Shown piece after piece: positions 41,079 to 51,619 of a DNA stretch of 64,000 bases; the stretch's first letter is position 1; every line of letters begins with the position of its first letter. The position numbers and the translations under genes were made by a program. Origin of the DNA: an uncultured Mucilaginibacter sp. (GTDB lineage Bacteria; Bacteroidota; Bacteroidia; Sphingobacteriales; Sphingobacteriaceae); assembly GCA_903864275.1 (NCBI GenBank), contig CAIPFE010000035.1, positions 24,874 to 88,873 of the forward strand. The letters are read 5' to 3'. The notes under the pieces were generated by a model, which saw only the letters and a list, made by a program, of their open reading frames with translations, did no database searches and had not been told where the DNA came from.

Positions 41079-42254
41079 TTACAACAGTCGTTTTACCTTG
41101 CTTTCAGGTGTTATCTTCAATCCGTCAAGCCCGGTGATGAGGTTTAAACCAGGGGTTTTGCCTGCTTCCAGCGTGCCCTTTTCATCGTCAATACCTAAAA
41201 ACCTGGCCCCGTTAATGGTACCCCATTCAATTAACCGGGCAGTACTTAATACCGGGAAATTTTGCTGAAGCGTGCGCATTTCATTTAATATACAAAGCTT
41301 ACTGTTGGAAGCAAGACTATCTGTACCGAGGGTTAAGTTCGCGCCCTGGCTAGTAAACAATTCAACCTTTGGCAGTTTGTTTTCGATATATAAGTTTGCA
41401 TTCGGACAAAAACACCAGTGCACTTTATGGTCAAACCGTTTCAAAAAGTAAATATCCTTTAAATTGGTAAAAGTATTATGCACCATTAAAATATCCTGTT
41501 CAGTGCTTAACAAACGGATAATTGACTGCAGTGAGTTGCGGGCCTGCTGCTTAAACCATGAAATATCGATCCCGAAATCTGCGTAAAGATCAATAAAGCT
41601 GCCCTGTTTGTACCGGTAAAACTTATTTTCGTCGGCACATTCCTGGTTGTGGATACTGATAAGGTTTTTCCCCTGCTCACAATAATCGTTGATCAGCTTA
41701 AACAGCTCTTTTGAAACCGAATAGGGCGCATGCGGGGTTATGGAGCACGATTGCGGCGTAAACTCCTTTAATAAGGCCAATGCGTTGTCAAACACCTGGT
41801 TCGCCTTTTCCGGCGAAAAGCCAAAACACTCAATAAAGCTGTGGTAGTATAACTTACTTTGGGCTTTAATGGTTATACTGATATTTGTATTAGCAATGTC
41901 GCCCACAGCGATAATGCCATTTTGGTACATTTCTTCATCGGCCCTAACGGCTGCTTCATTTATTTCAGCAGTATCGGCGTGTCTTAATTTCTGTACGTCT
42001 TTGATAAAGCTAACCAGGCCATTACGCGGCGCGACTTTACCTTTTAGGTGCGAAAGTTCAAGATGGCAATGGGTATTTATAAACCCAGGGCAAATAATGC
42101 CGCCTAAGTGTGCAACAGGCGCGTTGTTTGTCTCCTCGTAAGTAGTTTGATCCGTAACAGATATTATTCTCCCAGAATCATCAACGGTAACTATCCCGTT
42201 TTTAATTGGCGCTGTGCTAACAGGGAAAACGTAATCGGCTTTAAAACTTCTCAT
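41079..42254 (-). CDS. Amidohydrolase family protein (metal-dependent deaminase-like)
   Basis: PGFINTHCHLELSH, TPHAPYSVS, HNQE, CPNANLYIE, LGTDSLASN. Confidence 0.9.
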   Translation of the reverse strand: MRSFKADYVFPVSTAPIKNGIVTVDDSGRIISVTDQTTYEETNNAPVAHLGGIICPGFINTHCHLELSHLKGKVAPRNGLVSFIKDVQKLRHADTAEINEAAVRADEEMYQNGIIAVGDIANTNISITIKAQSKLYYHSFIECFGFSPEKANQVFDNALALLKEFTPQSCSITPHAPYSVSKELFKLINDYCEQGKNLISIHNQECADENKFYRYKQGSFIDLYADFGIDISWFKQQARNSLQSIIRLLSTEQDILMVHNTFTNLKDIYFLKRFDHKVHWCFCPNANLYIENKLPKVELFTSQGANLTLGTDSLASNSKLCILNEMRTLQQNFPVLSTARLIEWGTINGARFLGIDDEKGTLEAGKTPGLNLITGLDGLKITPESKVKRLL

Positions 42255-42384
42255 TCAACAATAAATATCTCTGTCACTTCCCTTTTTTAAAACATACTTT
42301 TAAAACAGCAAAATTTTTAAGACTATACCTGTTTTAATATAAAAAGAATGACTTTTAAAAAAGATAGTAGTTTTTTTAAATTAG

Positions 42385-42392
42385 TACTTTTG
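42385..42392 (+). promoter_or_regulatory. Bacteroidota -7 box (TACTTTTG), 4 nt before the rlmN GTG
   Basis: Matches TAnnTTTG. Confidence 0.75.
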
Positions 42393-42396
42393 CGGC

Positions 42397-43461
42397 GTGA
42401 AGTCGGCAACTGATAAAATAGATATACGAAACCTTAGTCTTGAAGGCTTGCAGGAAAATTTTACCAGTTTAGGTGAAAAAAGCTTCAGGGCGAAACAAGT
42501 ATATGAATGGCTGTGGAAAAAGTCATCATTTTCGTTTGACGAGATGAGCAATATTTCAAAAGAACTCCGCACTAAACTCGCTGAAAATTTCACCATCAAT
42601 CACATCAAAATTCACAATTCCCAGTTCAGTAATGACAAAACTATAAAAAATTCTTTTGTTTTATTTGATAATCATTTAATTGAAGGGGTTTTAATTCCGA
42701 CACCGGGGCGAATGACGGCCTGTGTATCGTCACAGGTGGGCTGCAGTTTAACGTGTAAATTTTGCGCAACCGGTTATATGGAACGCAAACGCAATTTAAA
42801 CCCAGACGAAATATACGACCAGGTGGTACTTATTGACAGGCAGGCCCGGGAGAATTATGGGATACCCCTTTCAAACATTGTGTACATGGGCATGGGCGAA
42901 CCTTTGCTGAACTACAAAAATGTACTGGAGTCGGTTGAAAAGATCACCTCGGAAGACGGGCTTAATATGGCTGCCAAAAGGATCACAGTATCTACAGCAG
43001 GTATAGCCAAAATGATTAAAAAACTCGGGGACGACGAGGTGAAATTTAACCTGGCCCTGTCATTACATGCTGCGAATGACGAAAAGCGGAACACCATTAT
43101 GCCCATCAATGAACAGAACTCGTTAAAATCACTTGCCGAAGCGCTCAAATATTATTACGCCAAGACAAAAAACCCGGTAACCTACGAGTATATTATTTTC
43201 GATGGTTTGAATGATAACCTGGAGGACGCAATGGAACTGGCGCGGTTTTGCAAGCACCTGCCCTGCAAAGTAAATATCATTGAATACAACCCCATTTCAT
43301 TCGCCAGTTTTATAAATGCCGGTGAAGATAAAGTTGAAGCCTTTGCCGAATACATGCGCAAACAAGGCATTACCACTAACCTGCGCCGCAGTCGTGGTAA
43401 AGATATCGACGCCGCCTGCGGGCAACTGGCAATAAAAGAAGTTGCAAAAGTTTCGGAATAA
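42397..43461 (+). CDS. rlmN: 23S rRNA/tRNA m2A methyltransferase RlmN
   Basis: CVSSQVGCSLTCKFCATG, MGMGEPLLN, GKDIDAACGQL. Confidence 0.98.
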   Translation: MKSATDKIDIRNLSLEGLQENFTSLGEKSFRAKQVYEWLWKKSSFSFDEMSNISKELRTKLAENFTINHIKIHNSQFSNDKTIKNSFVLFDNHLIEGVLIPTPGRMTACVSSQVGCSLTCKFCATGYMERKRNLNPDEIYDQVVLIDRQARENYGIPLSNIVYMGMGEPLLNYKNVLESVEKITSEDGLNMAAKRITVSTAGIAKMIKKLGDDEVKFNLALSLHAANDEKRNTIMPINEQNSLKSLAEALKYYYAKTKNPVTYEYIIFDGLNDNLEDAMELARFCKHLPCKVNIIEYNPISFASFINAGEDKVEAFAEYMRKQGITTNLRRSRGKDIDAACGQLAIKEVAKVSE

Positions 43462-43486
43462 TAAAAATCTGCGGTAAATTCATCTT

Positions 43487-44185
43487 ATGAAACAGCAACA
43501 AGGTTACCTTGCCGATTTTGTCTCGTTATTGTTTCCCGAACTTTGCGCGGCGTGCAGGGAAAGCCTGATGGCCAATGAATATTTGATATGTACCAGCTGC
43601 CGTTTTAACTTGCCTTACACAAACTTTCATTTACAGCCCGACAATATAGTTGCTCAACAGTTTTGGGGCAAAATTAAACTTGAGGGCGCCTATGCACTTT
43701 TTTATTTTACCAAGGGCGGCAAAATTCAAAACGTATTGCACCAGTTTAAGTACAAAGGGGTAAAGCAAATTGGTAATTTGCTTGGAAATATTGCCGGTGA
43801 GCAGTTAATTAAAAGCAAGGTATTTAATTCTGTGGACCTTATTATACCTGTTCCGCTTCATAAAAAAAGGATGTGGGAGCGGGGATACAACCAAAGCGCT
43901 TGCTTTGCCGAAGGTTTATCAGAAAAATTAAATGCAGTTGTTGAAAATAATAACCTGGTACGAGTAACAGCTACCGAAACCCAGACCCATAAATCGCGCT
44001 TTGCCCGTTTTGAAAATATGCAGGAAGTTTTCACGGTTAAAAGCCCTGAAAAATTGGTAAATAAGCATGTTTTATTGGTGGATGATGTGATTACAACAGG
44101 CTCAACGCTGGAAGCATGCAGTGTACAATTACTAAAAATCCCGGGATTAAAATTGAGTATAGCTACGATTGCTTACGCCGAATAG
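43487..44185 (+). CDS. ComF family / phosphoribosyltransferase-domain protein
   Basis: N-terminal CAAC...CTSC, VPLHKKR...RGYNQS, VLLVDDVITTGSTL. Confidence 0.93.
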   Translation: MKQQQGYLADFVSLLFPELCAACRESLMANEYLICTSCRFNLPYTNFHLQPDNIVAQQFWGKIKLEGAYALFYFTKGGKIQNVLHQFKYKGVKQIGNLLGNIAGEQLIKSKVFNSVDLIIPVPLHKKRMWERGYNQSACFAEGLSEKLNAVVENNNLVRVTATETQTHKSRFARFENMQEVFTVKSPEKLVNKHVLLVDDVITTGSTLEACSVQLLKIPGLKLSIATIAYAE

Positions 44186-44189
44186 CGCC

Positions 44190-44273
44190 TGGTCGATGGT
44201 CCATAGTCCATGGTTTTATTGGTTGCTTTTTCTCCATCGTAATCCATGGACTATCGACCATGGACCATTGACA
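44190..44273. repeat. Inverted pair of period-7 repeat arms between convergent genes
   Basis: ggtcgatggtccatagtccatgg ... ccatggactatcgaccatggaccattgac. Confidence 0.8.
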
Positions 44274-44277
44274 AAAA

Positions 44278-44667
44278 TTAAACCTTTTGGTAGGAGCTTA
44301 ATTTATTGAATAGATTTTGGGGGTCGAATGGTTTTAGTATATAATCATTCATACCTGCATTTTCGATTTCGTTAACTTCGCTGTTTAACATGGATGCAGT
44401 AAGGGCTATGATAGGTAATTCTTTGAAATATGGTTCTGTTTTTGAGCGGATAACCTTCGTTGCTTCAAGGCCGCCCATCTCCGGCATATATATATCCATC
44501 AAAACAACATCGTAATTTCGGTTACTTTCTATTTTTTCAACAGCCTGTAACCCATTCTCCGCAAAATCAGCAGTCGCGCCCCATCTTGTCAATACTTTAT
44601 TGATCAATAACCTGTTTATCTGGTTATCATCCACGACGAGCACATTTATTTTTAATCCTGTTTCCAC
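44278..44667 (-). CDS. Single-domain response regulator (CheY-like receiver)
   Basis: VLVVDDN, VVLMDIYMPEMGG, IIALTA, DYILKPF. Confidence 0.93.
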   Translation of the reverse strand: METGLKINVLVVDDNQINRLLINKVLTRWGATADFAENGLQAVEKIESNRNYDVVLMDIYMPEMGGLEATKVIRSKTEPYFKELPIIALTASMLNSEVNEIENAGMNDYILKPFDPQNLFNKLSSYQKV

Positions 44668-44987
44668 GTTTTCTGTTTAATAACTCTTTTATACGAAATA
44701 AAACCATTAAAGGTTTTCGGGTACCCCGCAAAGTTGGTCTGATAATTACAACAAATTATCATGTGAATGCAACAATAAACAGCATTTGCGAACTATTCCA
44801 CAAATTGCAGACCAAAACAACAAGGGCATTAATTTAATCACGAAAAGGAACCGTTTGTCCCTTTACTATTCATGCGGGGTTAAGCGTTACAACCAGGGGC
44901 CGGGAAATAACGGCAGCATGAAAAATTTATTAAAGGTAGGCAATTTCAGGCATCATACAAACTATGTATTTTGTCTTATGCCATTTA

Positions 44988-46274
44988 CTATTCAATATCC
45001 TTGCCTTTATACAAAGGATGCTCCTCCATTTGCTTATGAACCTTTTTACGTACTTTTTTCAAAGTATCCTCATTTTCGGGGTCGTTGATAACCATATCTA
45101 TCAGTTCAATAATATCGTCCATGTGTTTTTCCTTAAGCCCGCGGGTAGTTATCGCGGCTGTGCCTACCCGTATTCCTGAGGTAACAAATGGCGACTTATC
45201 ATCATAAGGCACCATATTTTTATTTACGGTAATATCCGCAGCCACTAAAGCATTTTCGGCCGCTTTACCGGTAATATTTTTATTACGAAGGTCGATCAAT
45301 ATTAAATGATTATCGGTTCCGCCGGAAACAATTTCATAACCCCTGTCTGTAAAAGATTTGGCCATGGCAGCCGCGTTGATTTTTACCTGCAGGATATATT
45401 TCATATACTCGTCGGTTAAAGCTTCACCAAATGCTATAGCTTTCGCGGCAATGATGTGCTCCAATGGGCCGCCCTGTGTACCGGGGAAAACGGCCATATC
45501 CAATACGGACGACATCATCCGCACCTCACCCTTTGGCGTTTTTAAACCAAACGGGTTTTCAAAATCTTTGCCCAGTAATATCATGCCGCCACGCGGGCCG
45601 CGCAGTGTTTTATGTGTGGTGGTGGTTACAATATGGCAATGGGGCAGCGGGTCGTTCAGCAATCCCCTGGCTATAAGGCCAGCCGGGTGCGAAATATCAG
45701 CTAAAATAATAGCGCCAATCTCATCAGCTACTTTGCGGATAAATTCATAATCCCAATCACGCGAATAAGCCGAAGCGCCGCAAATGATCATTTTTGGCTT
45801 TTCTTTTAAGGCTACTTTTTTAAGCTGGTCATAATCAACCAGGCCCGTTTCTTTTTTTACACCATAAAAATGTGGTTCGTACAATTTACCCGAAAAGTTT
45901 ACAGGTGATCCATGTGTTAAATGGCCGCCATGCGACAGATCAAAACCCAAGATTTTATCACCCGGCTGCAGACAGCCCAGCATAACCGCGGCATTAGCCT
46001 GTGCGCCTGAGTGCGGCTGCACATTGGCCCACTCGGCGTTGAATAGTTGTTTGGCCCTGTCAATAGCTATTGTTTCAATTTTGTCGACCACCTCGCAACC
46101 GCCATAATAACGCTTGCCCGGTAGCCCTTCGGCGTATTTATTGGTGGCTACCGAACCGGCCGCTTCCATTACCTGTTTGCTTACAAAATTTTCAGATGCG
46201 ATCAGCTCAATGCCTTCTTCCTGGCGATCCTGCTCTTCGTCCAATAGCTTAAAAATCAGTTTGTCTCTTTTCAT
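44988..46274 (-). CDS. glyA: Serine hydroxymethyltransferase
   Basis: [40 protein letters not shown]. Start MKRDK at 46274, downstream of a TACCTTTG box at 46291-46298. Confidence 0.98.
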   Translation of the reverse strand: MKRDKLIFKLLDEEQDRQEEGIELIASENFVSKQVMEAAGSVATNKYAEGLPGKRYYGGCEVVDKIETIAIDRAKQLFNAEWANVQPHSGAQANAAVMLGCLQPGDKILGFDLSHGGHLTHGSPVNFSGKLYEPHFYGVKKETGLVDYDQLKKVALKEKPKMIICGASAYSRDWDYEFIRKVADEIGAIILADISHPAGLIARGLLNDPLPHCHIVTTTTHKTLRGPRGGMILLGKDFENPFGLKTPKGEVRMMSSVLDMAVFPGTQGGPLEHIIAAKAIAFGEALTDEYMKYILQVKINAAAMAKSFTDRGYEIVSGGTDNHLILIDLRNKNITGKAAENALVAADITVNKNMVPYDDKSPFVTSGIRVGTAAITTRGLKEKHMDDIIELIDMVINDPENEDTLKKVRKKVHKQMEEHPLYKGKDIE

Positions 46275-46676
46275 AACGTGTTTTCGCGCGCAAAGGTAGG
46301 GAAAAGAGATTAGAGGTTGGAGATTTGAGATCAGTTTTTTTAACGGAATAGCAACAATAATTTCCCTGTATTGAGTGTAGAAAACTTTAATAATTTTCGA
46401 CATCCATCGTGTTTCTTTGTGCCCTCCCGGCGTCTTGTGTTTAAGTTATCAACCATGCTTTCTTTATCAACAAGTTATTTGGCCGGCCTTTAAGCAGTAT
46501 TTTAAAATATTCTTTAAAAAGCCATCGGATATGATTAGTATAGCGGAATAAAGTGATTAGTGAATGGCGGTCCGCGATTAGCTTTAGATGCCTTGCATTC
46601 GGTCTTTACGACAGGTGAAAGTTGTTAACTGAAGTTTAATCTCTGATCGTCAATCACTAAGCAAGCAAAGCGTAGT

Positions 46677-47696
46677 ATGCAACTTACCGATCTTAGTTTT
46701 CTTTTTGACGACAATCCAAGCCCCATGTGGATTTTTGAGTTGGCGACTTTACGGATAATAAAAGTAAATAAAGCGGCAATTGAGCGTTATGGTTATCCGG
46801 AACAGGAATTTTTAGCGATGAATACCCGTGAATTATTGCAGGCAACGGAGCTGAAAAAATTTGATACCCAGTTCTACCAAAACGACAGCGGCAAACCAAA
46901 GCGCCACGGTATTATTCACTCTGGGATATGGAAACATCAAAATAAAAAGCACGAATTAATTTACGCAGATATAACCAGCCAGGATGTGAGGTTTGAAGGC
47001 CGCGATTGCCGGCTGGTTGTTGCCGCCGATGGCACAGAAAAGGTCCGTTACAGAGAAGAAGCTACCTGGACCAAAAATAACCTTGAGGCGCTAATCAATA
47101 ATACGAAGGACCAGATATGGTCGCTTGATAAAGAAACCAGGTATGTTTATATGAATAAGGCATACCGGGCGCAAATTTCACAACTGACAGGGATTGAACC
47201 GAAAAAGGGCAGTTATTCGTACTTACATCCCGGCTATAGCGAGCCAATAATTGAGGAATGGAAACAATATTACAATCGGGCGCTTACCGGTGAACGCTAT
47301 TCAATTGTATATGAAAGTATTGAACCACTTACGCAGCAGGTGCTTAGTTTTGAAATAAGCTTTAATCCCATCTATAAGACAAAACGCGACATTAAAGGTG
47401 TAGGATGCTTTGCCCGGAACATCACCGAATGGCTTGAAAAAGAAAAAGCCATCATTGACCAGAATGAACGCTTGCGCCACATTGCTTCATTAACCTCGCA
47501 CGAGTTGCGGCGGCCTGTAGCAAGCATGCTCGGATTGATCAATATTATGGACAGGGAGAATTTTTTCAACCCGGACAATAAAGAAATAATTGGACACCTG
47601 CTGACAGTGGGCAATGAAATTGATGAGGTGATTCGTTTAATAATTGATAAATCTTTTATCAACGATCTTTTGAAAAACAACTTTCAATTGCCGTGA
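46677..47696 (+). CDS. PAS-PAS-HisKA protein lacking a HATPase_c domain
   Basis: FDDNPSPMWIF (PAS1), LEALINNTKDQIWSLD (PAS2), H-box SHELRRPVASMLGL; ends about 55 aa later. Confidence 0.85.
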   Translation: MQLTDLSFLFDDNPSPMWIFELATLRIIKVNKAAIERYGYPEQEFLAMNTRELLQATELKKFDTQFYQNDSGKPKRHGIIHSGIWKHQNKKHELIYADITSQDVRFEGRDCRLVVAADGTEKVRYREEATWTKNNLEALINNTKDQIWSLDKETRYVYMNKAYRAQISQLTGIEPKKGSYSYLHPGYSEPIIEEWKQYYNRALTGERYSIVYESIEPLTQQVLSFEISFNPIYKTKRDIKGVGCFARNITEWLEKEKAIIDQNERLRHIASLTSHELRRPVASMLGLINIMDRENFFNPDNKEIIGHLLTVGNEIDEVIRLIIDKSFINDLLKNNFQLP

Positions 47697-47862
47697 ACAG
47701 TGGCCTTGTAACCCGTCAATGGTATTGAAGGGATTAAAATACCAGCTTTGTATATACTCCTGCTTGTGCTGAGAATGATAAGTATGCGGTAAAATTTTAT
47801 ATAAATAAGGATGTTACAGGATATTGCTTTTCTTTGTAAGGATCAATCTTGTAAAAATCATT

Positions 47863-48411
47863 ATGAAAGATCTTACCTGGAAAAAACTTTCATCCACCTA
47901 TATCCATAAAGGGCCATGGGCTACCCTTCGGTCTGACCGTTGCGAAATGCCAGATGGCCATATTGTTGAAGATTATTATGTTTTGGAGTATAGCAATTGG
48001 GTAAACGCGGTTGCCATTACCGACGACAATAAAGTTTTAATGGTGAACCAGTACCGGCATGCCGCGGAGATTGTCTCGCTGGAAATCCCCGGAGGGGTTA
48101 TCGATGCGGGCGAAACCCCGGAACAAGCCCTGCGCCGTGAGTTATTAGAAGAAACCGGCTATCAATTTGATGATTTTGAATTGCTGTGTAATATTTATGC
48201 CAACCCCTCAACTGCCAATAACCATACCTATTGCTATTTGGCCCGTGGCGGAAAAAAAGTGCAGGAGCAACACCTGGACGACCAGGAAGAAATTGTTGTT
48301 GAAACGTTTACCATTTCCGAAGTGAAAAACCTCTTGCTTGAAAATAAAATAGCCCAGGCTTTACATTGCACCGGGCTGTTTTATGCTTTGATGAAATTAG
48401 GGGAACTATAA
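47863..48411 (+). CDS. NUDIX hydrolase (ADP-ribose pyrophosphatase-like)
   Basis: Nudix box GGVIDAGETPEQALRRELLEETG, QYRHA. Confidence 0.93.
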   Translation: MKDLTWKKLSSTYIHKGPWATLRSDRCEMPDGHIVEDYYVLEYSNWVNAVAITDDNKVLMVNQYRHAAEIVSLEIPGGVIDAGETPEQALRRELLEETGYQFDDFELLCNIYANPSTANNHTYCYLARGGKKVQEQHLDDQEEIVVETFTISEVKNLLLENKIAQALHCTGLFYALMKLGEL

Positions 48412-48425
48412 TGTCTTAACAAATA

Positions 48426-49856
48426 TTAATTTGTCACCGTTATGGTGATCTTACGGATACAGTTGTTGTATTGGTCGGCTACATAAAGGTTTCCGTTGGC
48501 ATCAATTGCTATTCCCTGCGGGTTGCTGAATAGTGCGGCTGTTCCTGCACCGTTAACCAGTCCCGACTTATTTAAAGTGCCGGCCAGGTTGTACAAAACA
48601 TTGGCAGATGTATATTCAAATACCCGCCCACCTTCGTCAACAATATAAAGATTGCCCGATTTATCAATCGTCAATGCAGCGGGCAGGTTAAGTAAGCCCG
48701 GTTGTGTCAGGCCTCCGGCTATCGTTGTAACCACATCTGCCGGTGTAATTTTGCGGATAGCGGAATTCCCCTGATCCGAAACGTAAACGTTCCCCGCAGC
48801 ATCCACCGCCACACCCGAGGGGCTGCGGAAGGAAGCTAATTCGTCGGTAGCATCCACATAGCCCGGCGTCCTGGTCCCTGCTATGGTGACCACCCTGCCT
48901 GTTGGCAAAATTTTACGGATCACGTTATTGCCGCGGTCGGCAACGTAAACATTGCCTGCAGCATCCACAGCTACTGCCTGCGGATTATTAAAATAAGAGA
49001 GCGTATCCGACTTCCCTGTAAGATTGGCCGCAGTTGCTGCACCGTTACGGTATCCTGCTGTGCCATTGCCGGCGTAAGTACTTACCACACCTGCGGGTGT
49101 AATTTTCCTGATCATATTATTGCCGTAATCGGCTACATATAAATTACCCTGGCTGTCAAAAGCCGAGCCTGCCGGGGCATAAAATTGCGCGGTTGCAGCG
49201 AGCCCGTCGGTATAACCTAATGTGGGTATGCCGGCTACGGTACTTACAACTCCGGCAGGTGTAATTGCCCTTATAATATTGTTATAGGTGTCAGAAACAT
49301 ATATGTTCCCTTTACTATCAACCGATACGCCCTGCGGGTTATTAAACTGCGCCCCGGTACCTGTACCATCGAGATAACCCGCATTGCCATTGCCGGCAAA
49401 TGTTGTTATTGTGGCAGTTATGGCCGTCAAGCTTGAGCTTGTTGTAAATTTCACCACGGCGCCATAACCTGTGCCCGCAGGATTAGTAGCGTATGCCCTT
49501 ATATAATAAAGGGTATTGGGTGTTAAATTGATTAAATTACTAACAAAAGGGGGATACGAGAATTGGTTGGTAACAACCGGATCCGATGTTTTAGAATCAG
49601 CTATTGTAGGGGTGACGTTAGTCGAACTATAACATACGCCATTTGCTGTCAATCCCGAGTTTCCTAAATTAGTGATCACACCGCCGGTTTGGGCCGATGT
49701 TGAAGTTACATCGATAATTGTGGCGGTAGTTACAACCGAAGGGATCGTTACGGAAGTTGTAGATGTTGTTGATGATTTTTTGCACCCTACGGTTAAAAAA
49801 ACAAACAATAAAAATAACGAGCTTATGTAAATATTGCGTAAGTAGAAGATTTTCAT
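48426..49856 (-). CDS. Lipoprotein with one FN3-like domain and an NHL-repeat beta-propeller
   Basis: Lipobox LTVGC-KKS, LTPNTLYYIRAYATN, repeated FNNPQGVAVDxxGNxYVAD. Confidence 0.9.
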   Translation of the reverse strand: MKIFYLRNIYISSLFLLFVFLTVGCKKSSTTSTTSVTIPSVVTTATIIDVTSTSAQTGGVITNLGNSGLTANGVCYSSTNVTPTIADSKTSDPVVTNQFSYPPFVSNLINLTPNTLYYIRAYATNPAGTGYGAVVKFTTSSSLTAITATITTFAGNGNAGYLDGTGTGAQFNNPQGVSVDSKGNIYVSDTYNNIIRAITPAGVVSTVAGIPTLGYTDGLAATAQFYAPAGSAFDSQGNLYVADYGNNMIRKITPAGVVSTYAGNGTAGYRNGAATAANLTGKSDTLSYFNNPQAVAVDAAGNVYVADRGNNVIRKILPTGRVVTIAGTRTPGYVDATDELASFRSPSGVAVDAAGNVYVSDQGNSAIRKITPADVVTTIAGGLTQPGLLNLPAALTIDKSGNLYIVDEGGRVFEYTSANVLYNLAGTLNKSGLVNGAGTAALFSNPQGIAIDANGNLYVADQYNNCIRKITITVTN

Positions 49857-50096
49857 GCAAATAACGGAATAAGGGGATAATTTTTTTTAACCACGCGGCT
49901 AATGATAAATGATAACTAATTTCAGCTCCAATATTAGCCTTTATATTGCTTGTACCGAAGAATTTTAACAAATATTAACATCAACAAAGTTAATCTAAAA
50001 TTAATTTATTAGTTGCAGGTACAAATGTATCACTTTATACTCTGTAAAAGGCATTTAGTTTAAAACCAGCTCCAAAATTTATTGTTATACCCACTG

Positions 50097-50560
50097 ATGA
50101 AAACGATGCCAATCCTCTTTGTCTTGATCCTCTGCACACTGCTTTCTTTCGCTCAAAAATCACAGCCATTGGCCAATGGTAAGATCTTTGGCAGTAAACC
50201 TGATACGACGGCCGTACTAAATGCCCCGAAACGGAAGCCCTTATGGATAAAAAAGTGCGGATCAGTATTGCCATCCGGGGAAAAGGGATAAAAGCAACCA
50301 AACAAAACTGCGGCTGGTTTGATGTCGATGCCGGTAACGGAAAAGTAATTGCCGCGCATTTCAAAACCTACAAAATGACCATCCCCGAAGATTTAAAGGG
50401 CCGCACCCTAGTTGCCGAAGGCGTGGCGGCTAAACAATTTATCGCCGATGATCAGCAGCATTTCGCAGGGGATACCGTTACCGGGAAAAAACAACATTCG
50501 GTTAAGACCAATCCAAAGCAAAGGCTAACTTTTGAGGTCAGTGGGTTGATGGTGGAATAG
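50097..50560 (+). pseudogene. DUF4920-like secreted protein split by a single-base frameshift near 50231
   Basis: The signal peptide and GKIFGSKPDTT are in one frame (50082-50291 ORF); MDKKVRIS...GWFDVDAGNGK...AEGVAAKQFIADDQQHFAGD is in the -1 frame (50243-50560). Confidence 0.7.
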
Positions 50561-50618
50561 GCGCGGCCCCCTAACCCCCTGAAGGGGGAATTAATTACTA
50601 AGGGCTTAAAACCTAACA

Positions 50619-51602
50619 TTACAGCAATATCTGCAAATATTTGTAGCCTGGATATAAGATAATACTTATAGCATTATGGCCTTGTTTTACAAATTTATGC
50701 CAGTTTACATCGTTGGTTTCAACTTCTTCTGTCCACTCCGTCCCCAGGCAAGCCTTGAATTGGCTTATGAAATATCGCTGTGCCTGCGCTGCGTCAGCAT
50801 CGCTGCTATAAAATAATGATTGATCAAAAGCCACATAATCAAATCCGGGATCGATATCTATCATCGCCTTCGAGTTTTTATAGAAGCTGAATGTTGAAAG
50901 ATGGTTTAAGGATTGTATCTTCTTTTTATCGAGCACGTCCATCGTCGTATCCGACAAATCGCCGGTAATTTGCATGAAATTGGTAAGGCGCTGGCGCAGT
51001 AAAAATTGTAACTGCTCGCAAACAGTTGGGTTATCCTTTATCATGCCCGAGGCCTGTGTCGAGATCACGCAAACTATGGTATAAGCAGTACTATTTTCGT
51101 AATAATAGCGACGGTCATCTTTCTCTTTCGGCGCCCTTTTTTTGGAGGCTACCCGCAAAGTGTAAGTACCTGCGGCGCCCGCTTTATAAAACAGGTCAAA
51201 ATTCGAGCTGTGAGCAGTGTCGATTATTGCTTTAACTACAACCAAATGGCCATTAACAGCATTCAGCAGCGTTAGCGTCATTGGTGTAGTTATGTCAGAT
51301 GACACGCTTGCTTTAATAACATCACCGGCGTCAAGCGTTACTTTTACATCCTGGTACTGTCGTCCGGTCGGGTTAACTGGGTCGGTTAATTTAATCTTGT
51401 TCCACACGGTATCGTAAAATACGCCGTTATCGCCGCTGCCATTTTTGGCGATCCCCTTAGCGATATAATTGGCCATGGCAGGGGTGGAGCTCGCGGCGGT
51501 GGTCGCTTTTTTATGTGGCGCCTGGGCACTTAAAATTTGCATGGAAACCATAAGGAAAATGGTAACAGCGCATGATAGATATTTTACTTTTTTCATGATC
51601 AA
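50619..51602 (-). CDS. Hypothetical secreted protein (possible PPC-like beta-sandwich)
   Basis: Signal peptide; YQDVKVTLDAGDVIKASVSS...YKAGAAGTYTLRVAS. Confidence 0.65.
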   Translation of the reverse strand: MIMKKVKYLSCAVTIFLMVSMQILSAQAPHKKATTAASSTPAMANYIAKGIAKNGSGDNGVFYDTVWNKIKLTDPVNPTGRQYQDVKVTLDAGDVIKASVSSDITTPMTLTLLNAVNGHLVVVKAIIDTAHSSNFDLFYKAGAAGTYTLRVASKKRAPKEKDDRRYYYENSTAYTIVCVISTQASGMIKDNPTVCEQLQFLLRQRLTNFMQITGDLSDTTMDVLDKKKIQSLNHLSTFSFYKNSKAMIDIDPGFDYVAFDQSLFYSSDADAAQAQRYFISQFKACLGTEWTEEVETNDVNWHKFVKQGHNAISIILYPGYKYLQILL

Positions 51603-51619
51603 AATTCAAAAGGCCATTC

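Noticed and set aside
44668-44987. ORFs 44786-45088 and 44964-45179, and a possible sRNA or relic between glyA and the response regulator
   Set aside because: Translations in the frames I checked gave only short or featureless peptides. I found no convincing stem or terminator.
46275-46676. Riboswitch (ZTP, THF or glycine) upstream of glyA
   Set aside because: The -7 box is only 16 nt from the ATG, leaving no room for an aptamer, and I recognised no consensus.
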